A DNA stretch of 41,976 nt from positions 1-41,976 of the forward strand of contig CAYHXN010000004.1 in assembly GCA_964360605.1 (NCBI GenBank), in the 5' to 3' direction. The DNA is from an uncultured Candidatus Saccharibacteria bacterium (GTDB lineage: Bacteria; Patescibacteriota; Minisyncoccia; UBA6257; WO2-44-18). The position numbers and the translations under genes are program-made. The notes below the pieces were generated by a model. That model did not search any database. It was not told the origin of the DNA and saw nothing but the letters and a program-made list of their open reading frames with translations. Within the stretch, counting starts at the first letter, position 1; each line of letters begins with the position of its first letter. Positions 32,927 to 41,976 of this stretch are shown here, one piece after another.

Positions 32927-35065
32927 TTAACGATGGCGAGGAGATTCTCCGTCGCCTCTAGCAAATACGGAAGCTATTTCTGAAAGAACGTCAGTCGCGC
33001 AACGATCGCAATAACCGAATCTATCTTTCATCCGCTTTTTAATCACTTCAATCTTATCCTGCCCTTCCTTATCTACGACCGAACTGTGCATTGTCGTGAA
33101 ATTAATCGTGTCTTTACGATCGTCAAATAGCTTAAGCTTTAATGCTTGGTAAAGATCGTCATCGGACTTGAAGTCAAAATTTTCTCTTCTTAACGCTTTA
33201 GCGCCCGCGCTTTCCATTAATCGACGCCTAAACTCTACCTTAGAGTTTTCTTCAATTCCGATTTTAGTTTCCACGCCGCGCATCATCCGTTCATCGGAAG
33301 GGACCATATCACCGCGCTCGTTTTTTATTTTGCTTTTCGCCAAAAACGCCTGAACATTGGATATGTATTTATCGAACAACGCCTGGATATCTGATTCGTC
33401 AAACGCGATTGCTTCTTGCACCTCTGCTTTAATGATGCTCTGGAATTCCGCGTGAGCGTCAGATAATTTGCTTGTAAAATCATTAATTTGCTCTGTTTTA
33501 AGACTCCAGTGATTAGCCAACTTTTCTTCCAAAAATTTCTTGACTAAAAACCAGTTTACACAGGGCAATGCGTGACTGGCAGCGTAAGTCTTAGCGTGGC
33601 CGATCATATCTTGAATGTACCGAGGAGAAATCCCGATAAGGCCTTCATCGTTGTGTTCTGCTATTAGGTCATGAATTGCTTCTTCGTTGTATCCTTTTAA
33701 ACGCCTACCGGCATAAAGCTTGGCTTTGTCTATCGCGGAAATTTTGAGGCTAGTCTTTTCTGAAGTGGCTTTAATTCGCGTAAGTACCGCCCACAGGGAA
33801 GCCATTTTAATGGTGTGAGGGCCAATATGAACGCCGCCTTTTTTCCGCCGATAGGTTTTCTCATAAATTTCAGTTTCTTTCTCAAAATTGAGAACGTATG
33901 GTATTTCAACCTCCGACATGCGGTCCTTTAACGCTTCCATATACTCATCTTTCCTCAATTTTTCGTACTCTGGAGTATTGGTAGCCGCGATAATAACTTC
34001 GTCAATATAGCTCTCCGCGAAACGTTTTGGCTTTACCACATGTTCTTGGGTAGCGCCCAAAAAATCGTATAAGAAGGCGTTCTGAAGTTTTAAAGCCTCT
34101 TCTAGTCCTAAAATACCCCTGTTGGCTACTTGAAATTCCCCGCTGAAATCAAAAGCGCGCGGATCCGATTCTCTTCCCAATTCGGCAATTTTTCTATAAT
34201 TAATATCTCCGCTTAATTCAGTGGCATCTTGGTTTTTTTCGTCTTTAGGACGGAAAGAGCCAATACCAATCCGGTCAGCTTCTGAAAAGATCAGCCGGTA
34301 AACCCTGATATGCTTTGTCAACACTTCCCGCCAATTACCATTGTACTTTTTAAGGTATTCGGAATAAATAAAACGGCAAAATGGACAAAGGTCGCCTTCT
34401 ACGTCAATCTGCTCGGTATCCAACCGCTCCCGTTCTCCGTCTTTGGTTTTTATTTTTAATTCGTTCAATTCCTGAACAACTTTCTGACAGACATCCTCCG
34501 GTAAAAGCCTTAGCGGTTCTTCGTGCAACGGACAGCAAGCGTCTTTCTCTCCGGGCGCCAAAGAAATAATCCGGCGATCGTCTTCGGTTTCCGCGACCCA
34601 CTTGAAACTATAAAGCTTTCCCTCTTCCTTTTTCGTATAATCAATCAAGCCTTTTTTCAAAAGCCGCAAAATAGTTGATTTGGAAGAGCCGACTGGACCT
34701 CGCAAAAGCAAGAATCGTCTTTCCTGACCATCTCTAGCCGCAGCCGCGTGAAAAATTCCTACCAAACTCATCAGCGACTTATCTAAACCAAATACCGCGT
34801 CCTTGCCGTTATCAATCGGATCTTCAAAAAATTTGTAGTGTGAGAATTCACGGTTAGCGCGGATGTGTTTTTCTACTCCCCAATACATAATAGAGAAATA
34901 AAGGCGTTGGTGCGCTGAATAAGCGATGGAGGGTTGGGCGTAAACTCGCGATAGATAATCCTCAAAACCCATCTCCTCAAAATATTCTTTTTTGAATACT
35001 TTGGAATTAAATCTATCAAGCCCGTCTTGACCCTTCGTAGGTTCTGAATTCACGGTTCTCTCCAA
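32927..35065 (-). CDS. prkA: PrkA/YeaG AAA+ family protein ('serine protein kinase')
   Basis: Walker A GPVGSSKST, CPLHEEPL, SDPRAFDFSGEFQVANRG, GISPR. Confidence 0.93.
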   Translation of the reverse strand: MERTVNSEPTKGQDGLDRFNSKVFKKEYFEEMGFEDYLSRVYAQPSIAYSAHQRLYFSIMYWGVEKHIRANREFSHYKFFEDPIDNGKDAVFGLDKSLMSLVGIFHAAAARDGQERRFLLLRGPVGSSKSTILRLLKKGLIDYTKKEEGKLYSFKWVAETEDDRRIISLAPGEKDACCPLHEEPLRLLPEDVCQKVVQELNELKIKTKDGERERLDTEQIDVEGDLCPFCRFIYSEYLKKYNGNWREVLTKHIRVYRLIFSEADRIGIGSFRPKDEKNQDATELSGDINYRKIAELGRESDPRAFDFSGEFQVANRGILGLEEALKLQNAFLYDFLGATQEHVVKPKRFAESYIDEVIIAATNTPEYEKLRKDEYMEALKDRMSEVEIPYVLNFEKETEIYEKTYRRKKGGVHIGPHTIKMASLWAVLTRIKATSEKTSLKISAIDKAKLYAGRRLKGYNEEAIHDLIAEHNDEGLIGISPRYIQDMIGHAKTYAASHALPCVNWFLVKKFLEEKLANHWSLKTEQINDFTSKLSDAHAEFQSIIKAEVQEAIAFDESDIQALFDKYISNVQAFLAKSKIKNERGDMVPSDERMMRGVETKIGIEENSKVEFRRRLMESAGAKALRRENFDFKSDDDLYQALKLKLFDDRKDTINFTTMHSSVVDKEGQDKIEVIKKRMKDRFGYCDRCATDVLSEIASVFARGDGESPRHR

Positions 35066-35087
35066 TTATCAAAGATTGTCTATAGAT

Positions 35088-35127
35088 ATAATAGAAAATT
35101 GACTCATAAAGTCAATTGACTTATACT
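35088..35127. promoter_or_regulatory. Overlapping divergent promoters for prkA (-) and rpmB/tRNA (+)
   Basis: Plus strand TTGACT(35099)-17-TATACT(35122); minus strand TTGACT(35115)-16-TATTAT. Confidence 0.55.
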
Positions 35128-35136
35128 AGGAGCATT

Positions 35137-35364
35137 ATGCGTCAGTGTTCTAAATGCGGGAAAGGTTCAATAATGGGCGGGACGCGAAAGTTACTTCGCG
35201 GCCACTATAACCCGACTAATTGGAGTCGTAAGCATCCCAACTTACAAAAATACAGGTTGCCAACCGGCGAGCGGGTTTTAGTCTGCACTAAATGCTTAAA
35301 GACTATTGCAAAATTACCTAAGAAAACCGATACCACTGTTCCGACTGAGCTGGCGGTAAAATAA
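35137..35364 (+). CDS. rpmB: 50S ribosomal protein L28
   Basis: MRQCSKCGKG...PNLQ...VCTKCLKT zinc-binding form. Confidence 0.88.
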   Translation: MRQCSKCGKGSIMGGTRKLLRGHYNPTNWSRKHPNLQKYRLPTGERVLVCTKCLKTIAKLPKKTDTTVPTELAVK

Positions 35365-35368
35365 AATT

Positions 35369-35439
35369 CGGAGTATGGGGTAGTGGTAGCCCGCGTGCAT
35401 GGGGTGCATGCAGCCCCGGTTCGATTCCGGGTACTCCGA
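35369..35439 (+). tRNA. tRNA-Pro(GGG), CCA not encoded
   Basis: Acceptor CGGAGTA/TACTCCG, anticodon arm CGTGC-ATGGGGT-GCATG, T arm CCCGG-TTCGATT-CCGGG. Confidence 0.95.
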
Positions 35440-35448
35440 CTAAAATTC

Positions 35449-35510
35449 TCCCGCCTCCGGCGGGATCCCGCATACTATTAAAATTAGAATTAAGGTACGG
35501 GACCGGCGGA
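35449..35510. repeat. Palindromic REP-like element downstream of tRNA-Pro
   Basis: TCCCGCC-TCC-GGCGGGA hairpin; shares ATCCCGCAT and ACGGGACCGGCG with the element at 25348. Confidence 0.55.
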
Positions 35511-35520
35511 CCGACAAATT

Positions 35521-35546
35521 AAAAAAGACCTCAAAGAGGTCTTTTT
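35521..35546. terminator. Bidirectional intrinsic terminator
   Basis: AAAAAAGACCTC-AAA-GAGGTCTTTTT. Confidence 0.8.
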
Positions 35547-35548
35547 GA

Positions 35549-36409
35549 TTATTTAATTTTCTCGCTTATCCAAGACATAATTTCCTCGGCGGGTTTTTCC
35601 CAACCCGGTTCCAGTTGAACGCAGTGGGCAAAGCGTGGGAAAATTTTTAATTCGGCACGGTCATGAACATTGTACTTAGTATGGAGGTCTTTCGCGAGAT
35701 AGGTCGGCGTAATACGGTCGTTCTGGCAACCAACCACCAACACCGGGCATTCTATAGCGTTGGCGTTGACGGTGACACAACCTTCAAGAATTTCTTTAGC
35801 GGCTCGGCCGGATTCCTCATTGAATCCCGCGTAGTATTTTTGGTGCGCTTGCGACGGTATGCCATTCATAATGAATCGGCGCGCGTCTTCAAAATTTGGC
35901 TTAAACGCCTTCCAGCGGCGCAAGGAACGAAAATAATATTTGGACTGTGCTATTGCTAAACGCCACGAACAAGGATTAGTCGCCCTAAAAATCTTTATAC
36001 CGTTCGGTGGAGCGGAATTAAGAAGGATTAAGCCTCTAACCGGGAAACTTTCTGCTACCCGCTGGACTATCAATCCGCCCATGCTGTGGCCAAGTAAAAT
36101 CGGGTCCCAAGCGCCGGTAATCTCTACTGCTGAATAATCAATGAGGTTTTTTACGTCATCAATATAGTCCAAAAGAGAAACTTCGCCGAGGTTCTTCGGC
36201 TCCCAAGATCCGCCATGACCCCTAAGATTAGCCGCAATAAATAGATGTCCCCGAGCGGAAAAAAAATTTCCATAATTTTCCATCCGTCGGCTACTACCCC
36301 ACATTCCGTGAACCGCGATAATCGGGGCTTTCGCCTGTCCTTGCGGCATGTATATATCAGTCAATAAACGCCGTTCTTTACTCGTGTAAAATCCGACTTG
36401 CTTCTTCAT
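35549..36409 (-). CDS. Alpha/beta hydrolase (lipase/esterase-like)
   Basis: VHGMWG, NLRGHGGS, GHSMGG nucleophile elbow, NDRIT, AHC. Confidence 0.88.
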   Translation of the reverse strand: MKKQVGFYTSKERRLLTDIYMPQGQAKAPIIAVHGMWGSSRRMENYGNFFSARGHLFIAANLRGHGGSWEPKNLGEVSLLDYIDDVKNLIDYSAVEITGAWDPILLGHSMGGLIVQRVAESFPVRGLILLNSAPPNGIKIFRATNPCSWRLAIAQSKYYFRSLRRWKAFKPNFEDARRFIMNGIPSQAHQKYYAGFNEESGRAAKEILEGCVTVNANAIECPVLVVGCQNDRITPTYLAKDLHTKYNVHDRAELKIFPRFAHCVQLEPGWEKPAEEIMSWISEKIK

Positions 36410-37062
36410 TTTTCCCCCTCAAGAAATTTTTCCTCCTCAATAAATCGGATTAAAGAAAAAATAAAACCGAAAGAAGCAACGGTGATAGTCGTATCTTTAG
36501 CGGTAAAACCTACAAAAACGAGACGGTTTTTGGGTATATGCCACATCTGAGCAGTAAGAGCTAACGGCGCCGTTGGCGGACCAAGAACAATACACCAGTC
36601 TATTAATGTTTCTGTCCAGGCATTCGGATTTTTACGATACCTTTTCCAATCTCTCGGACTTTCAGGCGCCTTGAATTCGTTGGTAACTATCCCAAAACCC
36701 CACCGCCCGCAAACATCTTCAAACATAGCTTCTGGCAATCCGCCCTGCTTAAGACGTTCTATAAACGTGTGGTTGAAGAAGGCGTAGGCAATTGTCCGTA
36801 CTCCGGGAATTTTAGAAAGAATAGACATTATTAAAGAGCGCGACCAACGCCAGCTCACTAATAAGCCGAGAAAAAACGCGAACCCCAGCATTAAACCGAT
36901 TTTGATTAATCCGTTCAACCACGGAGATTCTACGAATTGATATTCAATTATTTTCAACGCGCTCCAAATCCAACTGCCCACCAGAAATAAGAATAGTATC
37001 AAAATTAAACTAACAAGACCCAGAAAAACCCGTTTCCAAATGAACCGTAAAACGCTTGTCAA
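36406..37062 (-). CDS. Membrane protein, DUF502-like
   Basis: Two N-terminal TMs, ILSKIPGVRTI, FGIVT, PPTAP; GGAGGTG Shine-Dalgarno before the TTG start. Confidence 0.6.
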   Translation of the reverse strand: MTSVLRFIWKRVFLGLVSLILILFLFLVGSWIWSALKIIEYQFVESPWLNGLIKIGLMLGFAFFLGLLVSWRWSRSLIMSILSKIPGVRTIAYAFFNHTFIERLKQGGLPEAMFEDVCGRWGFGIVTNEFKAPESPRDWKRYRKNPNAWTETLIDWCIVLGPPTAPLALTAQMWHIPKNRLVFVGFTAKDTTITVASFGFIFSLIRFIEEEKFLEGEK

Positions 37063-37078
37063 GAAGCACCTCCGAAAG

Positions 37079-37600
37079 CTAAGCTTTCAAGTAAGCTAAA
37101 AGGTATTTTGCCACAAAAAAGCCCAAAAATCCAGCGGCGGTGCCAGCCAGAATATCTAATGGCCAGTGAACGCCGGCAATAACACGGCTGATGCTGATAA
37201 AAAAAGCGGCGGCCAAAAAATAAACGCCCCAGCGCCAATTCATGGAAAAAATCGCGATGGCTAAAGCAAAATAAAAAGTCGCATGGCCGGACGGCAAAGC
37301 GGCGCCGGGATCATGCGAAAAAAGCGGGGTAATCGGCAAAACCTCAAAAGGACGTGGGCGGTTATAAAAAAATCTCACAATTTCTTTGATTAAGCCGCTT
37401 GATAGAACTACCGACAAAACTACCAAGAAAATTCCGCGCGTCCTTTTTTGAAAATTTTTCTCTCGCCACAAAAGGACAATAAAACCGGCGATCAAAAAAT
37501 ACCCGAGGTATTCGGCGCAAAAAACAAAAAACCAATCAAGAAGCCTGGATTGACCGGCAAAGCCGTGAAAGAATTGGAAAAGAGAAAGATCAAAAGACAC
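37079..37600 (-). CDS. PAP2 family phosphatase (BcrC-like undecaprenyl-diphosphatase)
   Basis: RPRPF, PSGH and SRVIAGVHWPLDI motifs. Confidence 0.9.
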   Translation of the reverse strand: MSFDLSLFQFFHGFAGQSRLLDWFFVFCAEYLGYFLIAGFIVLLWREKNFQKRTRGIFLVVLSVVLSSGLIKEIVRFFYNRPRPFEVLPITPLFSHDPGAALPSGHATFYFALAIAIFSMNWRWGVYFLAAAFFISISRVIAGVHWPLDILAGTAAGFLGFFVAKYLLAYLKA

Positions 37601-37623
37601 TTGAAGATGATTGTTAAATATAA

Positions 37624-37824
37624 TTATCGTCTAACGAAAGGCAGAAGCCCCATAAATCTCGCGCGCTTGATAGATTCCGCGAGTTTTCGTTGGTGTTTGG
37701 CGCAAACGTTGGTGTAACGAGGGTCAATAATTTTTGCCTGACTGGAAACAAACCGTTTTAAAAGCTCGGTGTCTTTGTAATCAATATTTTGAAGATTTTG
37801 TGAACAAAAGAAACAATTTTGCAT
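37624..37824 (-). CDS. rpsR: 30S ribosomal protein S18
   Basis: CFFC, IDYKDTELL, CAKHQR, IKRARFMGLLPF. Confidence 0.96.
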   Translation of the reverse strand: MQNCFFCSQNLQNIDYKDTELLKRFVSSQAKIIDPRYTNVCAKHQRKLAESIKRARFMGLLPFVRR

Positions 37825-37829
37825 GGTAA

Positions 37830-38282
37830 TTAAAATTGGAGGTCGTCTGTTTTAATTTCTTCGTTCAAATCAATAACAGGAATTTCTGTAATAGGAGGCG
37901 CTTCTTGAACTGACTCTCCCACGGAAGCGATGGGGGTTCTGGAGCTACCGCCGGCGGGACGGGGTCCTAACTGGATGCGATCCGCGATTATTTCCGTAGT
38001 ACGACGCTGTTGACCGTCTTTTCCTTCCCAACTACGGGTTTGTAAACGCCCTTCTACCATAGCTAAACCTCCTTTGGTTAAAAACTTGCTTGCTATTTCC
38101 GCTTGCCGCCCCCAAACAACTATATTATGGAATTCCGCGGCTTCTTTTTTTTGGCCGCTCTTGTCAGTCCAGACACGATTAGTCGCTAATGAAAAACTGG
38201 CTACTGGCTGGCCGCCGGTTGTCGTCCGCAACTGCGGATCAGCGGTTAAACGACCAAGAATAAAGACTTTGTTTAAATTCAT
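37830..38282 (-). CDS. ssb: Single-stranded DNA-binding protein
   Basis: LNKVFILGRLTADP, VEGRLQTRSW, acidic tail DDLQF. Confidence 0.96.
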   Translation of the reverse strand: MNLNKVFILGRLTADPQLRTTTGGQPVASFSLATNRVWTDKSGQKKEAAEFHNIVVWGRQAEIASKFLTKGGLAMVEGRLQTRSWEGKDGQQRRTTEIIADRIQLGPRPAGGSSRTPIASVGESVQEAPPITEIPVIDLNEEIKTDDLQF

Positions 38283-38324
38283 GCTTTTAGTTTAATGTAA
38301 AAATTAACATGCGACAACATATCG

Positions 38325-38738
38325 CTACTTTAGAATTTCCTCTAGCTTCTGCGACAACGCTTCGTTGGAAAGTTCGGCCGGTGGACGAGGCTCCACGATT
38401 TGAGGAGCGGTCGGTTTGCCATTAACTCTTTCTCTAGTTTTTCTGGGAACCGGAGGGGTAATGATTAAAAAACGAATCACTTCCGGTTTTAATTTTAGGG
38501 TTCCGTTAATGTTAGCTATCGCGGACGATTCGGATTTGAAATAATAAAAACCGAAAAACGCCGAGACGTGTTTTCCCATTGGGTAAGCGAGTCTAATCTC
38601 CCGAAGCGGCTCCTGATAAGAAACCTGGGCTCCCGCGGCTTTTAAAACCGCGTCAACAGCGGATCGCTCGGCTTCTTGAGTAACCAAAAAAGAAATTTCG
38701 TATTCCTTTGATTGTTTTTCTTCTATAACCGAATCCAT
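38325..38738 (-). CDS. rpsF: 30S ribosomal protein S6
   Basis: YEISFL, RLAYPM, VIRFLII; rpsF-ssb-rpsR synteny. Confidence 0.9.
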   Translation of the reverse strand: MDSVIEEKQSKEYEISFLVTQEAERSAVDAVLKAAGAQVSYQEPLREIRLAYPMGKHVSAFFGFYYFKSESSAIANINGTLKLKPEVIRFLIITPPVPRKTRERVNGKPTAPQIVEPRPPAELSNEALSQKLEEILK

Positions 38739-38788
38739 GTTTGTAAAACCTTAGCACACAACTATTTTGAATTCAACAGGATAAGTCC

Positions 38789-41700
38789 TTATAAGTCCTT
38801 TTCGTTTTCTGCTTCTTGATTTTGGCGAGCGCGAAAACCAGTACCGACCGGAATCAAACGGCCGATGATAACGTTTTCTTTCAAGCCACGAAGAACATCG
38901 GTTTTGCCTTCAATGGCGGCATTAATGAGAATGCGAGCGGTTTCTTGGAAAGAAGCCGCGGACAAGAAGCTTTCGGTAGATAAAGCAACCTTGGTAACGC
39001 CCATGAGAAGCTGAATGGCTTTTGCCGGAGCGCCCCCTTTCTTTTTGACTTCGCGGTTCGCCGCCAAAAATTGGGATTTTTCCAAAACGTCACCGGCTAC
39101 AAAATCAGTGTCTCCGGCTTCTTTAATGCGCACGCGCGCGAACATTTGTCGGACAATCACCTCAATATGTTTGTTGTTGATTGTGGCGCCTTCAGAAAGA
39201 TAAATCCTTTGAACTTCGTTTATAATATAACGCTGAACAAGGGCAACGCCACGAAAACGGAATAGTTCTTTAAGGTCAAGGTTGCCTTCGGAAAGCTGGT
39301 CGCCTTTTTTAATCTGGTCGCCAATTTTAACAAACAATTGAGCAGTGCGAGAAACGGAATATTCTTTTAATTCCTGATCCTTAGAAGGAGCTTGTCCTCC
39401 GGTGGAAACTTTAATTATTTTAATCAGGCCCTGCTCTTCAATATCTTTTATTTCACCGTCCTCTTCCGCTAAAATCGCCTTACCTTTGGGCGGACGAACT
39501 TCAAAAATTTCTTCAACGCGCGGCAAGCCGTGAGTGATATCAGAACCGGCAACGCCACCGATGTGGAAGGTTCTCATAGTCAGCTGGGTGCCTGGCTCAC
39601 CGATAGATTGAGCCGCAACCACGCCAACCGCTTCTCCCAAGCGGATTGGTTTATTACTACCAAGATCATAGCCGTAGCAATAAGCGCAAATGCCATAAAG
39701 AGTTTTACAGGCAATCGGCGAACGAATTTTAATCATATCTAATTCGGATTTATCAAGAATTTCCGCGGTTTCTTTATTAATATATTCGCCGGCTTTAGCA
39801 ACTGTTTTACCGTCAAATTTTACATCTTCCACAGGAACACGGGAGAAAAGACGCAACGCGAAAGTACTGCCTAAGGCGACGCCGTCTTCGCGATGAAGAT
39901 CCATTCCTTCTTTGGTGCCGCAATTTTCTTCCCGAATAATTAAATCTTGGGAAACATCAACCAAGCGACGAGTCAAGTAGCCAGCGGAGGCAGTTTTTAA
40001 AGCGGTGTCAGTGGAACCTTTACGAGCGCCATGGGTAGAAATAAAATATTCCAATACGCTTAATCCTTCTTTATAAGAAGAACGGATCGGTAGCTCAATA
40101 ACTTCGCCTTTGGGGTTAATAACCAGCCCTTTCATGGCCGCCATCTGAACCGGTTGAGACCAAGAACCACGGGCGCCAGAATCAATAATCTGATAAACGG
40201 AATTGTCTGGCTTTAAGGTGGCGGGCACTAGCTTTTCAATTTCCGACTTAGCCTTGAACCAGACCTGAATAACCCGAGCGCGACGTTCAGTATTGGTTAA
40301 AAGGCCGCTTGCGTACTGCTCTCTAATAATTTCAATTTCCGCTTCCGCTCGGCCGAGAATCTCCGGCTTTTGAACGGGGGTTACTAGGTCGTCCATTCCC
40401 CAGCTAATTCCTGATTTAGTCGCGTAGTCAAAGCCAATAGTTTTGATTTGATCTAAATACTGGCTAGTCTCTTCCATGCCGACATGATTAATAATAGCGG
40501 CAACCAGCTTGGTCATTTCTTTTTTATTCAATGCTTTATTGAAAAAAGGAAAATTCTCCGGCAAAGCTTTGTTAAAAATCAAACGGCCGGGAGTGGTTTC
40601 TAAAAGATTTTTTGGGGAACCGATTTTGACAAGAGCGTTTACATCCACAAAACCGGCGTGGTAAGCAAAAAGGGCTTCGTTAATGTCAGCGAAGTGTTTG
40701 CCGGTTCCCAAAGCATCCTTTTGCAGAGAAGTCAGGTAGTAACATCCCAAAACAATATCCTGGGTCGGAATAGCAATGGGATCGCCGGTGGCCGGTTTCA
40801 AGATATTCAAACTGGAAAGCATGAGACGAGAGGCCTCTTCTTGGGCTTCTTGGCTTAAAGGCAAATGCACGGCCATTTGGTCGCCGTCAAAGTCGGCGTT
40901 GAAAGCGGGACAAACCATTGGCGGAATGCGAATAGCTAAATCCTCAATCAAAAGCGGTTGGAAAGCTTGAATGCCCAAACGGTGGAGGGTCGGAGCGCGG
41001 TTTAAAAGCACCTTCCGATTAGTGATTACTTCTTCTAAGATTGCCCAAATTTCCGGAGTGGCGGTTTCAATTAAACGGTTAGCATTTCGGATGTTGTGGG
41101 CTAAGCCGCGTTCAATGACCTTGTTGATGACGAACGGTTTAAAAAGTTCCAGAGCCATTTTCTTGGGTAAACCGCACTGATGTAATTTTAATTCCGGACC
41201 GATTACAATCACGGAACGGCCGGAATAATCCACGCGTTTTCCCAAAAGATTTTGGCGAAAACGGCCCTGCTTTCCCTTCAACATATCTGCCAAAGAACGA
41301 AGCGGACGGCGCTGACTGGACATCTGTTGCGAAGCGCCAAAACGCGCGGAGTTATCAATCAAAGCATCCACGGATTCTTGCAACATTCTTTTTTCGTTGG
41401 TCACGATAACTTCCGGAGCCTTTAATTCTAAAAGTTTTTTGAGTCGGTTATTGCGGTTAATGACGCGGCGATATAAATCGTTTAAATCGGAAGTCGCGTA
41501 ACGGCCGCCGTCTAAAGCCACCATTGGACGCAGGTCTGGGGGCAGAACCGGCAAGACATTCATAACCATCCATTCGGGATGAATGTTGTTTTGTAAAAGG
41601 GAGTCCGCGATTTTTAACCGCTTCAAAATACGCATCTCTTTCATTGGGTCTTTAACCACCTTAAGTTCTTTATGAAGCTCGCTAACCAGTTTCTTTAAAT

Positions 41701-41976
41701 CAATGTTTTCCAAAATCTTGCGTATGGCTTCACCGCCGCTAGCGGCATGGAAAATGTTCGCGAATCGGCGGGAAAGATTATAAAACTCGGTTTCCGGCAG
41801 AACGTTTCCAACATAAAGAGATTCCAAGGCGTGCTTGGCTTCGGTCAAACCGGCGCGAAGATCTTCAACCTTAACCCCTTCTTTGCGGGCAGTTTTGCGT
41901 CGAACATCAAATTCTTTTTCTAAATCTTTGAGAGCCTGGTCGCGAGATCCTTCGTTGACTTCAGTAATAATATAGG
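38789..41976 (-). CDS. rpoC: RNA polymerase beta-prime subunit (5'-truncated by the window)
   Basis: [36 protein letters not shown]. The frame stays open from 41848 to the window edge. Confidence 0.98.
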   Translation of the reverse strand, partial: YIITEVNEGSRDQALKDLEKEFDVRRKTARKEGVKVEDLRAGLTEAKHALESLYVGNVLPETEFYNLSRRFANIFHAASGGEAIRKILENIDLKKLVSELHKELKVVKDPMKEMRILKRLKIADSLLQNNIHPEWMVMNVLPVLPPDLRPMVALDGGRYATSDLNDLYRRVINRNNRLKKLLELKAPEVIVTNEKRMLQESVDALIDNSARFGASQQMSSQRRPLRSLADMLKGKQGRFRQNLLGKRVDYSGRSVIVIGPELKLHQCGLPKKMALELFKPFVINKVIERGLAHNIRNANRLIETATPEIWAILEEVITNRKVLLNRAPTLHRLGIQAFQPLLIEDLAIRIPPMVCPAFNADFDGDQMAVHLPLSQEAQEEASRLMLSSLNILKPATGDPIAIPTQDIVLGCYYLTSLQKDALGTGKHFADINEALFAYHAGFVDVNALVKIGSPKNLLETTPGRLIFNKALPENFPFFNKALNKKEMTKLVAAIINHVGMEETSQYLDQIKTIGFDYATKSGISWGMDDLVTPVQKPEILGRAEAEIEIIREQYASGLLTNTERRARVIQVWFKAKSEIEKLVPATLKPDNSVYQIIDSGARGSWSQPVQMAAMKGLVINPKGEVIELPIRSSYKEGLSVLEYFISTHGARKGSTDTALKTASAGYLTRRLVDVSQDLIIREENCGTKEGMDLHREDGVALGSTFALRLFSRVPVEDVKFDGKTVAKAGEYINKETAEILDKSELDMIKIRSPIACKTLYGICAYCYGYDLGSNKPIRLGEAVGVVAAQSIGEPGTQLTMRTFHIGGVAGSDITHGLPRVEEIFEVRPPKGKAILAEEDGEIKDIEEQGLIKIIKVSTGGQAPSKDQELKEYSVSRTAQLFVKIGDQIKKGDQLSEGNLDLKELFRFRGVALVQRYIINEVQRIYLSEGATINNKHIEVIVRQMFARVRIKEAGDTDFVAGDVLEKSQFLAANREVKKKGGAPAKAIQLLMGVTKVALSTESFLSAASFQETARILINAAIEGKTDVLRGLKENVIIGRLIPVGTGFRARQNQEAENEKDL

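Noticed and set aside
38789-41848. N-terminally truncated or split RpoC
   Set aside because: The frame is open to the window edge, so the truncation is a window artefact.

Overview
This is a 42-kb chromosomal segment, almost all on the minus strand. It looks like a Patescibacteria (CPR, Parcubacteria-like) genome. That call is inferred from the shortened ProRS, AlaRS and L13, the duplicated mreB, the PEGA, DUF5667 and PaaX-like genes, and housekeeping genes that mostly lack Shine-Dalgarno sites. Housekeeping content: proS, rseP, frr, holB-like, two mreB, murA, infA-rpmJ-rpsM-rpsK-rpsD-rpoA-rplQ-rplM-rpsI, alaS, dnaG-rpoD, rpmB, tRNA-Pro(GGG), rpsF-ssb-rpsR and the 3' part of rpoC. Three accessory blocks stand out. 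(1) A ~1.5-kb locus (3960-5480) holds a candidate ~640-nt highly structured non-coding RNA with a consensus sigma70 promoter, boxA-like motifs and a UUCG terminator. It also holds a convergent ~210-nt structured RNA, further stem-loops, and a small basic protein driven by a near-duplicate promoter. (2) A full set of four beta-oxidation activities includes an enoyl-CoA hydratase::acyl-CoA dehydrogenase fusion and lies next to a PaaX-like regulator bracketed by related palindromes. (3) A PrkA/YeaG-YeaH-SpoVR cluster sits beside two Nudix-like genes. RpoA lacks the alpha-CTD. All calls are by eye; no database search or folding calculation was run.
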